Shown: one piece after another, positions 54,868 to 64,000 of the stretch
Layout: each line of letters starts with the position of its first letter
Numbering within the stretch: the first letter of the stretch is position 1
Assembly: GCA_947487055.1 (NCBI GenBank)
Contig: CANKVN010000001.1
Span: 19,555-83,554 of the forward strand
Direction of reading: 5' to 3'
Origin: Flavobacteriales bacterium
GTDB lineage: Bacteria > Bacteroidota > Bacteroidia > NS11-12g > UBA955
Length of the DNA stretch: 64,000 nucleotides
Translations under genes and position numbers: made by a program
The notes under the pieces: model-generated
What the model was told of the DNA's origin: nothing
Seen by the model: the letters and a program-made list of their open reading frames with translations, nothing else
The model's database searches: none

Positions 54868-56886
54868 TTATTGCAAAGACATTGTCATGTAACTACTCCG
54901 CAAAAACTTCACTTTGCTGCCTGCCAGATTGCGCCTGAAGGCACTTTTGGCAAAAGTTGATGAGCCTGAGGAACAAGTAGAATCGGGCAACCACAACAAC
55001 GAAACACGGGTTTCGCCCAGCAATTCCAGCCTGCTGCACGCATCCGTATTTTTCCAAATCCATCCGTCCTTAAGCTTTATATTGCTGTTTGAGGCAGCCA
55101 TGTGCCAATGCACAGCCCCGATGTGTTGCTCTGCAACATAATTTTTCATCAGTGTTCGCAACGTATCCGCACGTCCAAACGACATGGGTTCCGAAAGTAC
55201 ATGCAAATCATACCCTTGTTTTACCGCAGCCAGAAGTTTGCCATGGTCTTCGCACACAATCAGCTCTGAGCTGCGTTCATCCATCCACCTATCTGCAGTC
55301 TTTTTTACGGCAAACATCAGCAACAGCAAGCACATCACCGTAAATGCCCGCTGATAAAACTGATTGTAAACGGCAATCCCAAAAACCAAAATGATGGAAA
55401 ACACAATCAGCGTATCCCATGCATCGAAAGAAAATCCTGAAAAACTGGCACCAGGAATGGACGCCATAAAGCGCGCCGGCATCATCAGAAAATCAAGTCC
55501 GCGCTCGGTAAGCCATACCAGCCCATCGCTAACCCCGGGAACCGGCGAGAGTAGTAAGCAGGCAATTCCCATAAAAATCACCACCGTACTAACCGGCACA
55601 ATGATGATGTTGGCAGGAATAAACAACAAAGGAAAGCTTTTAAACACCAGCAAGGTGATGGGCAATGTGCCCAATGTTGCAGCCACACTTACAAGTCCCA
55701 GTTGCCAGATTCTGCTCAAAACCAACGTAGGCGGATTGTATAAAGCATTTAATCTCGGATAAAAATAAACGATACCCAATACAGCCAGGTAGGAAAGTTG
55801 AAAACCCACATCCAGCAAGTCGAACGGCGACAGTAGCAACTGGAGATAAGCAGCAGCAAACAAGGCATTGTAGGTATTACCCCTGGACGCCAGGAAAGTC
55901 CGTCCCAGTTCCATGATGCTAAACATCAGTGTAGCCCTCACCACCGATGCAGACAAGCCCGTGAGCAAGGCATAAGCCCAAAGTGCAGCCAAAATGGCAA
56001 TACCCTGCCACATCCGCAGTTTTCGCTGTTTTATTGAACCGGTGAACAGTAAGAGCAGCGCCATATAAATCAGACCGACATGCATGCCTGAAACCGCCAA
56101 TACATGGATGGTTCCGGTAATGGAGAATGCACGCAGATCCTGCTCAGAAATATCCGCTTTATAACCCAGCAGCAAGGACGACATCAAGGCGGCATGCTCC
56201 GGCTTAAAACGCTTTTCCAGCAGGGTATTTATGGCCTCAACCGCGTGAAAAGACCAGTTGCGAAGCATATTAACCTTCTTGCCGGTTTTTTGCCAGCTGC
56301 TTGCCGTAAGATATACCTGATGAGCAATTTGTTTGGGACGAAGTACGTTTCGGTAAGAAAACGCTCCCGGAAAAGGCGCATCCTGAATGGGTTCCAGCAC
56401 ATTGGGAATAATCAGCAAATCGCCGTATTGTACCGCCGGCTTTGAAGCATTGCTTCGTTTGGGCCAGTACAACAGTATTTTTCCCTTTGCCGATGTTGCT
56501 TTACCCTGGCTGTCAAGGGCTGCATAAACCTCCGCCTCTGCCCTCCAGGAACCGGTTCGCTCAAGTAAAGGTTCTACCACCTTCACCCGCAATATCCGTG
56601 AGCCTGTAACCTGTGCACTGCCAAGCCCATTATCCGCAAGGGCATTGTTGTTTAAAACGGCCAAGGCAAAACCCAGTAAAAGGTTTAAAGCGATGATAAA
56701 TCCTATATTAATTTCAGAGAAACGCACAGATTTTCTCTTTTGAGAAAGAAACCATGCAGGCAACAACACCAAAAAAAGGCCAAGCACCCATTGGATAGGA
56801 ACCATGCCTGGAAGGTATATTCCTAAACCAATACCGAGCAAAAGCGGCAACAGCAGCCTGATGAAAGGTATGGCGCCAAGGTGCAT
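54868..56886 (-). CDS. comEC: ComEC/Rec2-family membrane protein (no metallo-beta-lactamase domain)
   Basis: 672 aa with an N-terminal DUF4131-like region and a polytopic competence domain (..HVLAVSGMHVGLIY..). There is no HxHxDH motif in the C-terminal 150 aa. Confidence 0.8.
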   Translation of the reverse strand: MHLGAIPFIRLLLPLLLGIGLGIYLPGMVPIQWVLGLFLVLLPAWFLSQKRKSVRFSEINIGFIIALNLLLGFALAVLNNNALADNGLGSAQVTGSRILRVKVVEPLLERTGSWRAEAEVYAALDSQGKATSAKGKILLYWPKRSNASKPAVQYGDLLIIPNVLEPIQDAPFPGAFSYRNVLRPKQIAHQVYLTASSWQKTGKKVNMLRNWSFHAVEAINTLLEKRFKPEHAALMSSLLLGYKADISEQDLRAFSITGTIHVLAVSGMHVGLIYMALLLLFTGSIKQRKLRMWQGIAILAALWAYALLTGLSASVVRATLMFSIMELGRTFLASRGNTYNALFAAAYLQLLLSPFDLLDVGFQLSYLAVLGIVYFYPRLNALYNPPTLVLSRIWQLGLVSVAATLGTLPITLLVFKSFPLLFIPANIIIVPVSTVVIFMGIACLLLSPVPGVSDGLVWLTERGLDFLMMPARFMASIPGASFSGFSFDAWDTLIVFSIILVFGIAVYNQFYQRAFTVMCLLLLMFAVKKTADRWMDERSSELIVCEDHGKLLAAVKQGYDLHVLSEPMSFGRADTLRTLMKNYVAEQHIGAVHWHMAASNSNIKLKDGWIWKNTDACSRLELLGETRVSLLWLPDSTCSSGSSTFAKSAFRRNLAGSKVKFLRSSYMTMSLQ

Positions 56887-56898
56887 AAGGCTTTTATT

Positions 56899-57618
56899 TT
56901 AACAGGAACGTTGTATCACACGTCGAAATTCATCTGCTGATTCCTGCCTGCGACTCCAGTTGTTTTCGTGAAAATGACGATCAAATATTTGCATCGCATG
57001 GGCAACATCGCGGCTGTATCCCACTTCATCCAGAAACTCCATGAAACGCTCCGTATTACCAGCAAACAGCTGGTTGATAAATTCAAACCGCCTGGTGAAA
57101 GACATTTGTGCCGATAAATGCTCGGCGGTGAGCCTCGGTGCCTGGCCTTGATGGGCGTCCTGCAACGCTTCGGAAGGCTCGTGGGTATCTATCAATTCCT
57201 CGATAGACAAAGCTGACGAAAGTTCTTCTGCGGCGGGTGCTTCCGGTTCGGCAACATCTTCATCCGGCTCTATCAATGGCAGCTGATCCTCTACCAGTGC
57301 TGCCAGTTCCTGAAATGGTTCCTCGGCAACCGGTTCTTCTATTGCAGGCTCTTCCACCAAAGGCATTTCCAAAGCAGGTACTTCAGGCTCTAAAACCTTT
57401 TCATCCTCAGGCATTATAGCAACAGGTATTTGCGGATAAAAGACCTCTCCGGATTTGGTGGCCAAATCACTGCAGAGGTATAATTCTGAGGCCAAGGACT
57501 TTATTTTCAACAAATCTTCTATGCGATAAAAGATTTTGTTTTCCTTTTGTTCAGGTTGATTTAATATTGCCAGTTCATTGAGAATTAACCGGATTTTTTC
57601 TGAAAGATTATTTTCCAT
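56899..57618 (-). CDS. Hypothetical protein with acidic Pro/Glu-rich central linker
   Basis: 239 aa. The central EPEVPALEMPLVEEPAIEEPVAEEP.. low-complexity region separates two small folded-looking ends. I recognise no family. Confidence 0.4.
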   Translation of the reverse strand: MENNLSEKIRLILNELAILNQPEQKENKIFYRIEDLLKIKSLASELYLCSDLATKSGEVFYPQIPVAIMPEDEKVLEPEVPALEMPLVEEPAIEEPVAEEPFQELAALVEDQLPLIEPDEDVAEPEAPAAEELSSALSIEELIDTHEPSEALQDAHQGQAPRLTAEHLSAQMSFTRRFEFINQLFAGNTERFMEFLDEVGYSRDVAHAMQIFDRHFHENNWSRRQESADEFRRVIQRSC

Positions 57619-57657
57619 ATCGACGCGGCAGCAATTTACAACAATTCAATTTAATCC

Positions 57658-58218
57658 ATGAGTGATTTTACCCTCATTTACGGCAGTATGTTTTCGGGGA
57701 AAACCACCCGGCTAATTGAGTATTACAACCATAGCCCATTAAGCGAGGTTGAAAAGGTGGCGGTAAAACCCATGCTGGACAACCGATATGCCGCACACCG
57801 CATCAGTAGCCACGGGGGATTACAATTACCCGGTCACCGTATCTCCAAGGCAGAAGAACTGTATCCTATTTGCAACGACCAGATCAAAGAAGTTTACATA
57901 GATGAAGTACAATTCCTGGGAAGCACCATTCCGGATGTGGTTTTGGGATTGCTTATTCAGGGTATCAAAGTAGTTGCATCAGGGCTGGACCGCGATTATT
58001 TAGGGCGCCCTTTTGGCGAAATGCCCCGGTTAATGAAGATGGCAAACAACCGAATTCAGCTGCAAGCGAAATGCCATGTTTGCGGCAAAGCTGCCCACTA
58101 TACCTACAGGCATTCAAGCAGCGACGAACTGGTACTGGTGGGCCATACAGACATGTATGAATCCCGCTGCAAAATTCACTGGGAAGAAGGAATGGGGCAT
58201 TCGCTACCCGATTGGTAA
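57658..58218 (+). CDS. tdk: Thymidine kinase
   Basis: 186 aa with the P-loop GSMFSGKTT and a C-terminal zinc-ribbon Cys pair (KCHVCG ... SRC). Confidence 0.92.
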   Translation: MSDFTLIYGSMFSGKTTRLIEYYNHSPLSEVEKVAVKPMLDNRYAAHRISSHGGLQLPGHRISKAEELYPICNDQIKEVYIDEVQFLGSTIPDVVLGLLIQGIKVVASGLDRDYLGRPFGEMPRLMKMANNRIQLQAKCHVCGKAAHYTYRHSSSDELVLVGHTDMYESRCKIHWEEGMGHSLPDW

Positions 58219-58974
58219 AAAAGCCAGGGGCAAGCATGCATCCAGCCACCAGCGGTAGGTACTTTCCTTCAGTTTTTGTTCGCTTACCAGGATCATGAGC
58301 GATAAAAAAGCATACAAGGTTAGCCCATATCCATGCCTATGCTCCAAAAGAAAATCGGATGCAATGCCCAACAGGATTGCCAAAACAATAAATCCTGTTA
58401 GCCAGCGTTTTTCAAAACCAATATTAAATAAATTGGGATTGCCCAACTCCAAATCCTTGTTCCTTTCCATGTAGGCAAACACAAGAACATTACAAAAGCA
58501 AACCAGGGCAGCTTGCAACCAATCCAAACCTAAAGCAGGCTTAGCGATTGCGGCTCCTGCTGCCAGGGCAATCAACAATGGCTTCAGCAATACTTTCAGG
58601 GGACTTTTCACCCAGCGCAGCAAAAAGTAAATTGCTCCAACCAACCCACTTAGCCAAAACCGCTCGGTAAAACTGAGCACGGTAGCCACAAAGCCACTGC
58701 TAGCGGCCAAAATCAAAGCAAACAGTGTTGCTGTGATTAATAACAAGCCATTGGCCAGGCGAAACCGTTCAAGACCTTTACCTGTTATGGCTTTTAAATC
58801 CAGCCAATGGTCCAGGGAATAATAGCCCATCGTTGCTAAGGCCAACAAGAGCATATTGGGCTCAAACCCTTGGTTTAACCAATAGCAGAGCGCAACAGAC
58901 CATGACGTAATAAATACGCCCAACCACTCGGTTAACGGAAAATAATAGCGATAATTAGTTTTTGAGTGCAACAA
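58204..58974 (-). CDS. Polytopic membrane protein, function unknown
   Basis: 256 aa with about 7-8 hydrophobic segments and no recognised motif. The start is uncertain because the longest ORF overlaps nifU by 20 nt. Confidence 0.45.
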   Translation of the reverse strand: MLHSKTNYRYYFPLTEWLGVFITSWSVALCYWLNQGFEPNMLLLALATMGYYSLDHWLDLKAITGKGLERFRLANGLLLITATLFALILAASSGFVATVLSFTERFWLSGLVGAIYFLLRWVKSPLKVLLKPLLIALAAGAAIAKPALGLDWLQAALVCFCNVLVFAYMERNKDLELGNPNLFNIGFEKRWLTGFIVLAILLGIASDFLLEHRHGYGLTLYAFLSLMILVSEQKLKESTYRWWLDACLPLAFLPIG

Positions 58975-59200
58975 TAGAACCTATACCGGGAATGGCCCTT
59001 CGCAGTGTTTCTTCGATACCCGCGGTCATGGTCATTTCGCTCATCTCACAACTGCTGCATGCACCTGTTAAGCGCAATACCACTTCACCATCGGGCTTAA
59101 TCTCCACCAACTCCACATCACCGCCGTCTGCATGCAGGTAAGGCCTAATAGAATTTAAGGCATCTTCAATGCGGGCATTTAGGGGTTCTGCTTCAGTCAT
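58955..59200 (-). CDS. NifU/Nfu-type Fe-S cluster scaffold domain protein
   Basis: 81 aa with IRPYLHADGGDVELV and the CSSC pair typical of the Nfu C-terminal domain. Confidence 0.88.
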   Translation of the reverse strand: MTEAEPLNARIEDALNSIRPYLHADGGDVELVEIKPDGEVVLRLTGACSSCEMSEMTMTAGIEETLRRAIPGIGSIVALKN

Positions 59201-59220
59201 GTAAATTGATTATGACAAAG

Positions 59221-60276
59221 TTAATCAACCGGGGTTGAATTTACAATACTCACTTTGCGGGCAACTTCTGCCGCCAGTGCCATGTAGGGTTCGAAAAAAT
59301 GGCTGTTTGTATCTATCTCACCTGCATCGGCTTGCGCCCTGTATGCCTGTGTCAATGGCAATTCTCCCAGAAAATCTAGTCCGGTTTCTGAGGCCAGCCT
59401 GCGGCCACCGCCTTCTCCAAAAATATGGTATTTCTTTTCAGGCGCATCATCGGGTACAAAGTATGCCATGTTTTCCACCACGCCCAGTATGGGTTTTGCC
59501 ACAGATGGCAACCTAAACATGGAAATTGCTCGCCTTGCATCCGCCATAGCAACTTCCTGCGGTGTGGTTACAATAATAAGACCCGTTAACGGTACCAGCT
59601 GGCTAAGGGTAATCTGCACATCTCCGGTTCCGGGAGGTAAATCAATGATCAGGTAATCAAGCTCGCCCCATTCCGTATCATTAATAAATTGGCGAAACGC
59701 ACTGCTAATCATAGGTCCGCGCCAAACAATGGCCTGGTCGGGTGCCGCCATTAATCCTATGCTCAACAGTTTTATCCCTTGCCTTTCAACTGGAACAATC
59801 ACCTGCTTATCCCCTTTTTGCATCATGGGTGGCGCTTCCGAAACCCCAAACATGGTGGGAATGGAAGGTCCGTAAATATCTGCGTCCAGCAAACCTACCG
59901 TCGCTCCGGCCTTGCGCAAGGCAAGCGCCAACGAAACGGCAACTGTGCTTTTCCCAACTCCGCCTTTGCCACTGCCTACAGCAATCACATTTTTCACACC
60001 GGGCAAAACAGCATCGGCTTGGCGTGTAGTGCTCACCTGGCTGGTAACATTAATATCAACCGCAATGGCCGGATCCACCATCATTCGGATGGCCGTTTTG
60101 CAGGCATTGACCATCATGTCCTTCATGGGACAGGCAGGGGTGGTCAACACCAAATCAAAGGAAATTCGGTCTCCAATGTTCAGGTTTTGAATCATCCCAA
60201 GGGTAACCAAATCTTTTTTAAGATCAGGATCGTCTACATGCGCCAGGGCCGCCAATACTTTTTCTTCGGTAATCAT
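59221..60276 (-). CDS. apbC: Mrp/ApbC/NBP35-family Fe-S cluster carrier ATPase
   Basis: 351 aa with a DUF59-like N-domain (VDDPDLKKDLVTLGMI) and the deviant Walker A GSGKGGVGKST. Confidence 0.9.
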   Translation of the reverse strand: MITEEKVLAALAHVDDPDLKKDLVTLGMIQNLNIGDRISFDLVLTTPACPMKDMMVNACKTAIRMMVDPAIAVDINVTSQVSTTRQADAVLPGVKNVIAVGSGKGGVGKSTVAVSLALALRKAGATVGLLDADIYGPSIPTMFGVSEAPPMMQKGDKQVIVPVERQGIKLLSIGLMAAPDQAIVWRGPMISSAFRQFINDTEWGELDYLIIDLPPGTGDVQITLSQLVPLTGLIIVTTPQEVAMADARRAISMFRLPSVAKPILGVVENMAYFVPDDAPEKKYHIFGEGGGRRLASETGLDFLGELPLTQAYRAQADAGEIDTNSHFFEPYMALAAEVARKVSIVNSTPVD

Positions 60277-60575
60277 TTTTTGGATTTAAACAAAGACCAG
60301 ATTCGGGAAAAAAATCGTTTTTCAAAATTCCAGAAAAACGTAAACTGACCAAACAACGCTCCGTAAAATAGCAATACCAGGTTATATATGGGCAGTATAA
60401 ACCAATAATAGCTATAGGTGAACCACGCTTCAGACGCCCACTCAAATTCAGCCTTAAGCAACCTGCGTAGCAGCATGATACTGGTTCCGGTCAATGCAAA
60501 AACCAACAAAATAAGCCACACTTTTCCGGTTGATTCTACGTTCCAGCGGATTCTAAGTTTCTCTAGCCAAGCCAC
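60273..60575 (-). CDS. Small two/three-TM membrane protein (DUF6787-like)
   Basis: 100 aa. The pattern LEKLRIRWNV..LILLVFALTGTS ... ILPIYNLVLLFYGALFGQFTFFWNFEKR resembles a conserved Bacteroidota small membrane protein family (from memory). It overlaps the mrp start by 4 nt. Confidence 0.55.
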   Translation of the reverse strand: MAWLEKLRIRWNVESTGKVWLILLVFALTGTSIMLLRRLLKAEFEWASEAWFTYSYYWFILPIYNLVLLFYGALFGQFTFFWNFEKRFFSRIWSLFKSKK

Positions 60576-60609
60576 AGCTGCAAAGGTAGCCCTAATTTTT
60601 GGGCTATGC

Positions 60610-63600
60610 CTAACGCATCAGGTAAATTACCCCTACCTGTTCTTTGAAAGATGCATCGCCTTTGGTAGCCCTGATTTTCAATTCTTCTCCGCCTTCTTTC
60701 ACGGTAACCTTATAGAAATAAGTGCCATTGCCCAGCTTGTCACCAAACTGATCGGTTCCATCCCAGCTCCAGTCGGTGATATTGTTGCCTATGCGGAGAT
60801 TCCCAAGTTCTTCTTTACCCACTTCCTTTACCACACGGCCTTCCACATTCATGATTTTAACGCGAATTTCTTCCGGCACACGTGTTCCTGTAAGGGTAAA
60901 CACAAAACGCATTTTACTCGTAAACGGGTTGGGATATGGATAAAAACGGGTAACGGTCTGTTCTCTTACCACATTGAAACTAATTTCATAATCATTTACC
61001 CCCGCCCGGTTGCCGCTGTAATCCCAGCTTTGCACTTTCAAAATATAATTACCATCGGCCAGATCCTGGGGCCTGTACTCCATGCGCGATTTGTTCGATG
61101 CATTCAACGCCGGCACAAAGGTTAATTCTGTTCCCTTTACCGGTTCAAATGCACCACTGCCGGGCTTCTTGATGAATAGTTCCATTTTCTGAGAATCGCT
61201 TTGCAACAAATGCTTGTTCTCGTCTTTGCTGCTTACCAGGATAAATGGTGATGGGCTAACAACCTCACCATTCATGATGTGCTTGCCGTCAAAAGTCACA
61301 TCCAGCAAGGGATTGATTACATCCTTCTGAACATAGAAATTAAGGATGGCAGCGTTATTGGCCAAACTCATTTCAGGTTGTGCAAACTGCGGATTGAAGG
61401 CAATTTGTAGCGCATAAGGACCACTCAGACCAAGGGTAGGAATGGCTGTTTTAAACAAATAAATAGAATCCACCTTCAGGGCTGCGCATTTCAATTTACC
61501 TGCAGCAACCTCCTCACGGGATACTTTTTGGTAAATCTTGTATTCTATGCTAATATTTTCACGGAACGGAATAGTTCCAATATTCTTGAAGGGTAGAGCA
61601 ATTGAAAACGAATCACCTTCATAAAGGGTATCATTGTGGAAGCGGTAACCTGCAGCAATAGCTGGATAAATAGTTCCCTCGGGTATTTTTGAGTGGGTAA
61701 CCCTCCAGTGCAACAAATTTGGGGCGGTATTTCCCGCATCATCTTCCAATTGCGCCTTCAAATAAACATAACGGTATTTGGCAGCATCAATGGCCGTTAG
61801 ATCCCGCTGGGTAAACACCGTGTTAGGTATCAGCAAAGCTTCATTTCCGCTGGTATCAATACCGTAAACAGCAGTGTTAATTATGTCTTTTTCGCTTGTA
61901 CCGTTGTACTTCAGCAAGGGCCTGGTATAGATTGCGCCATAACCATCAACAGGGCCAATACGCTCACTTTTCATGGTGCCGTAATTTGCGTCGCCAATCA
62001 TGTCTCCTTCCAAACCCACATAAGACGATACCGTTCCAAAAGTATGTTTCTCCTGGGCCGTACCGGGCCTTGCACCCTTTTTACCAAGACAAACCCACAT
62101 AGCATCCGCACTGCGGAACTGAGCACTGTCAAAAATATTGCTGCCAATATCGTTCAGGGCCTGCATCACTTGTGGTTTCCATGTATTGGCGAAATTTTGC
62201 CTGCGGCTAAAAATGGTTACATAATTGCTATCGGGGAGCGCTTTGATAAAATCAATAAACTTGTCTTGCTCTGCATCCGAGTTCATTTGAAAAGCATAAT
62301 ACAATTGTTCATTGGTAGGGTGACCAAATGTTGTCCAAAGCGCACCAGGCCAGCAGTTGGGCCATGATTTAGAAGGATCAATGGCTTCGCGGACCAATTT
62401 TTTACCATTCCATGGTATGGCCACCAGTCCTTCTAAGCAAACACCCCAGTTCATATCCTGACCGCCAAATCCACCCTCTTTAACACCCTTGTTGGATGCA
62501 TTCATATACTGGCAATCGATGTATATTTTTTTCAATACCTTTTTAAACCGTAAACTCTTGGAAGTTGAGTCGGTGGTAAGGTCTACCAGCTCATTCTGGG
62601 ATGCCGGTTTGGTATATTGCCAGTGCACATTTTGCATCCAGCCTTCGGAGTGTGCTTTTATGTAGGTAAATGAACCCATCTGCCAGCCACCGCCTTCATT
62701 CACCGAAGTGCTGATGCGGGCACGCCAGAAATAGGGTTGCGTATCCCGGAGCAAGGGTAATTTCACGGTCCACTTCGCCAAAATTGCCCTGTTTAATGGT
62801 TTACCCTGTTTCTCCAGCGAAATCAGCAGCGGACTGTTAAACCTTGGAGTGGTATCCAGCTCAAAATAATAATCTTCATTCTGCTTGAAAATATCCCCTG
62901 CCTGCGCAACCAGGTCAACGGTATCCCTTCCCCAAATGGCAAAATTCTTTGGAGCAATCAAATTCACGCCATTGCCCGGGATGTAGCGTTTCAGGGTTGC
63001 ATAGTTATTGGAATAGGTATATTCCGCCGGGCTCCTCAATCCATTGATGGCAACCGTAAAAAAGTTCTCGCCGCGCACCTGCACATCCTTGGATGCTACA
63101 CGAATGAAGACCGTATCCTGAAAACCACGTTGTCGGCCCCGGGTCTTGTACGTTCTTTTGGTTACACCGTCGGGGTAGGTCCACTGCAAATCCACATTAA
63201 AACTATCTGCGGTTCCGCGCCCATAATTGCTAATCACCACGCCAACATCAAAACTGTCCATCAAGGCAAAGGCATTTTCAGGATACAGAAATATAGCTTG
63301 ATTATTGATGCTTAAATCAGGTAGCTGCGGGCTATAGACGGCCACAGCAGGATCTCCTTGCAGGAATATTTGTCTGGAGTGGATTTTATTCAGCGGCGAA
63401 TTGGGATTCTGCCATTTAGACAACGTGGATTTCAGCACGCCACCTATGGTTTTGTTATCGGTTGAATCAAAATAATCGGTGTAGAAATAGCGCATTTGGG
63501 AACTGATGGTATACAGCTCGCTAAGGGAAACCTGACCAATAAAAGCAATGGCACCTTTTTTCTCACCCCTGAAAATACGTTCTCCCAAACCCAATGTTGA

Positions 63601-64000
63601 AGTTGGCAAACAAGGATTACCAACCTGGCAACCATTGAAATAATAAATCGGATATTTTCCTTCGTTCAGGTACTTTTCCGGAACCCCAATATCAATATCG
63701 GTAACGGAGGTACTTCCATGCCCCAAAAAGGTTATCAAACTGGTTCCATTGTTGATTCTTGAAACTATTTTCTCCCGGAAATTAGGATCTACAATTCCAA
63801 CAGCCGATTTGGAAAACTGGGTAACAATGCCAGCAAACGGATCTCCCTCGGGAAAAATCCGCAAACCATCCATGATGCTTTTAATTTTTGACGTTTCGTC
63901 GTAAGTGGCACCGCCACTCAGGTGCAGGATATTTTTCTGCCATTCCTGATAATTGTTGTCGGGCCTCACATGGCTTTTGAGCTTATCGAGGTAAATATTA
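60610..64000 (-). CDS. porU: T9SS C-terminal signal peptidase/sortase PorU (C25 gingipain-like), 5' end outside the window
   Basis: The reading frame is open through position 64000; the track's start at 63969 is an internal GTG. The C25-type His/Cys contexts are ITFLGHGS and YYFNGCQVGN. The C-terminal NPFTSKMRFVFTLTGTRVPEEIRVKIMNVEGRVVKEV..GNGTYFYKV matches my memory of PorU. Confidence 0.65.
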   Translation of the reverse strand, partial: NIYLDKLKSHVRPDNNYQEWQKNILHLSGGATYDETSKIKSIMDGLRIFPEGDPFAGIVTQFSKSAVGIVDPNFREKIVSRINNGTSLITFLGHGSTSVTDIDIGVPEKYLNEGKYPIYYFNGCQVGNPCLPTSTLGLGERIFRGEKKGAIAFIGQVSLSELYTISSQMRYFYTDYFDSTDNKTIGGVLKSTLSKWQNPNSPLNKIHSRQIFLQGDPAVAVYSPQLPDLSINNQAIFLYPENAFALMDSFDVGVVISNYGRGTADSFNVDLQWTYPDGVTKRTYKTRGRQRGFQDTVFIRVASKDVQVRGENFFTVAINGLRSPAEYTYSNNYATLKRYIPGNGVNLIAPKNFAIWGRDTVDLVAQAGDIFKQNEDYYFELDTTPRFNSPLLISLEKQGKPLNRAILAKWTVKLPLLRDTQPYFWRARISTSVNEGGGWQMGSFTYIKAHSEGWMQNVHWQYTKPASQNELVDLTTDSTSKSLRFKKVLKKIYIDCQYMNASNKGVKEGGFGGQDMNWGVCLEGLVAIPWNGKKLVREAIDPSKSWPNCWPGALWTTFGHPTNEQLYYAFQMNSDAEQDKFIDFIKALPDSNYVTIFSRRQNFANTWKPQVMQALNDIGSNIFDSAQFRSADAMWVCLGKKGARPGTAQEKHTFGTVSSYVGLEGDMIGDANYGTMKSERIGPVDGYGAIYTRPLLKYNGTSEKDIINTAVYGIDTSGNEALLIPNTVFTQRDLTAIDAAKYRYVYLKAQLEDDAGNTAPNLLHWRVTHSKIPEGTIYPAIAAGYRFHNDTLYEGDSFSIALPFKNIGTIPFRENISIEYKIYQKVSREEVAAGKLKCAALKVDSIYLFKTAIPTLGLSGPYALQIAFNPQFAQPEMSLANNAAILNFYVQKDVINPLLDVTFDGKHIMNGEVVSPSPFILVSSKDENKHLLQSDSQKMELFIKKPGSGAFEPVKGTELTFVPALNASNKSRMEYRPQDLADGNYILKVQSWDYSGNRAGVNDYEISFNVVREQTVTRFYPYPNPFTSKMRFVFTLTGTRVPEEIRVKIMNVEGRVVKEVGKEELGNLRIGNNITDWSWDGTDQFGDKLGNGTYFYKVTVKEGGEELKIRATKGDASFKEQVGVIYLMR

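Overview
This window reads as a Bacteroidota chromosome segment. The evidence is gliding/T9SS genes (sprA, gldA-gldF-gldG, porU), type-A T9SS C-terminal sorting domains on at least three secreted proteins, a type III glutamine synthetase, a TAnnTTTG -7 box before the tRNA, and many ATGA-type gene overlaps. I count about 55 protein genes, one tRNA-Ser(GGA) and several clean hairpin terminators. I saw no rRNA, CRISPR array, integrase or transposase. The supplied ORF track uses ATG/GTG/TTG and reports the longest ORF, so several true starts lie further downstream. It also omits ORFs with no stop codon in the window. As a result the 5' part of sprA (1-3724, minus strand) is missing from the track, and porU (60610 to beyond 64000) is cut at its 5' end by the window edge. 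Most of the content is housekeeping: ruvA, hisS, trxB, glnA-III, kup, gpsA, trpS, tdk, tatD, mrp/nifU and comEC. The best candidate for an undescribed system is the translationally coupled, terminator-bounded four-gene unit at 15621-25917. It encodes a 1518-aa anchored protein, a 655-aa FN3-array protein, a 714-aa T9SS cargo and a 540-aa putative outer-membrane protein, and I cannot assign any of them to a named family from motifs. The second focus is a low-GC islet around tRNA-Ser (about 49.7-53.3 kb). It holds a tandem structured repeat with a compensatory stem change, a 120-bp MITE-like element with 21-nt perfect inverted termini, and a YD-repeat-like secreted protein with an internal 78-bp duplication. 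Other notable items are a secreted 6x YKSEAD tandem-repeat protein, a CxxCH plus PHM-like copper monooxygenase with a T9SS sorting domain, and a frameshifted enoyl-CoA hydratase. All family assignments come from motif recognition and memory, not from searches.
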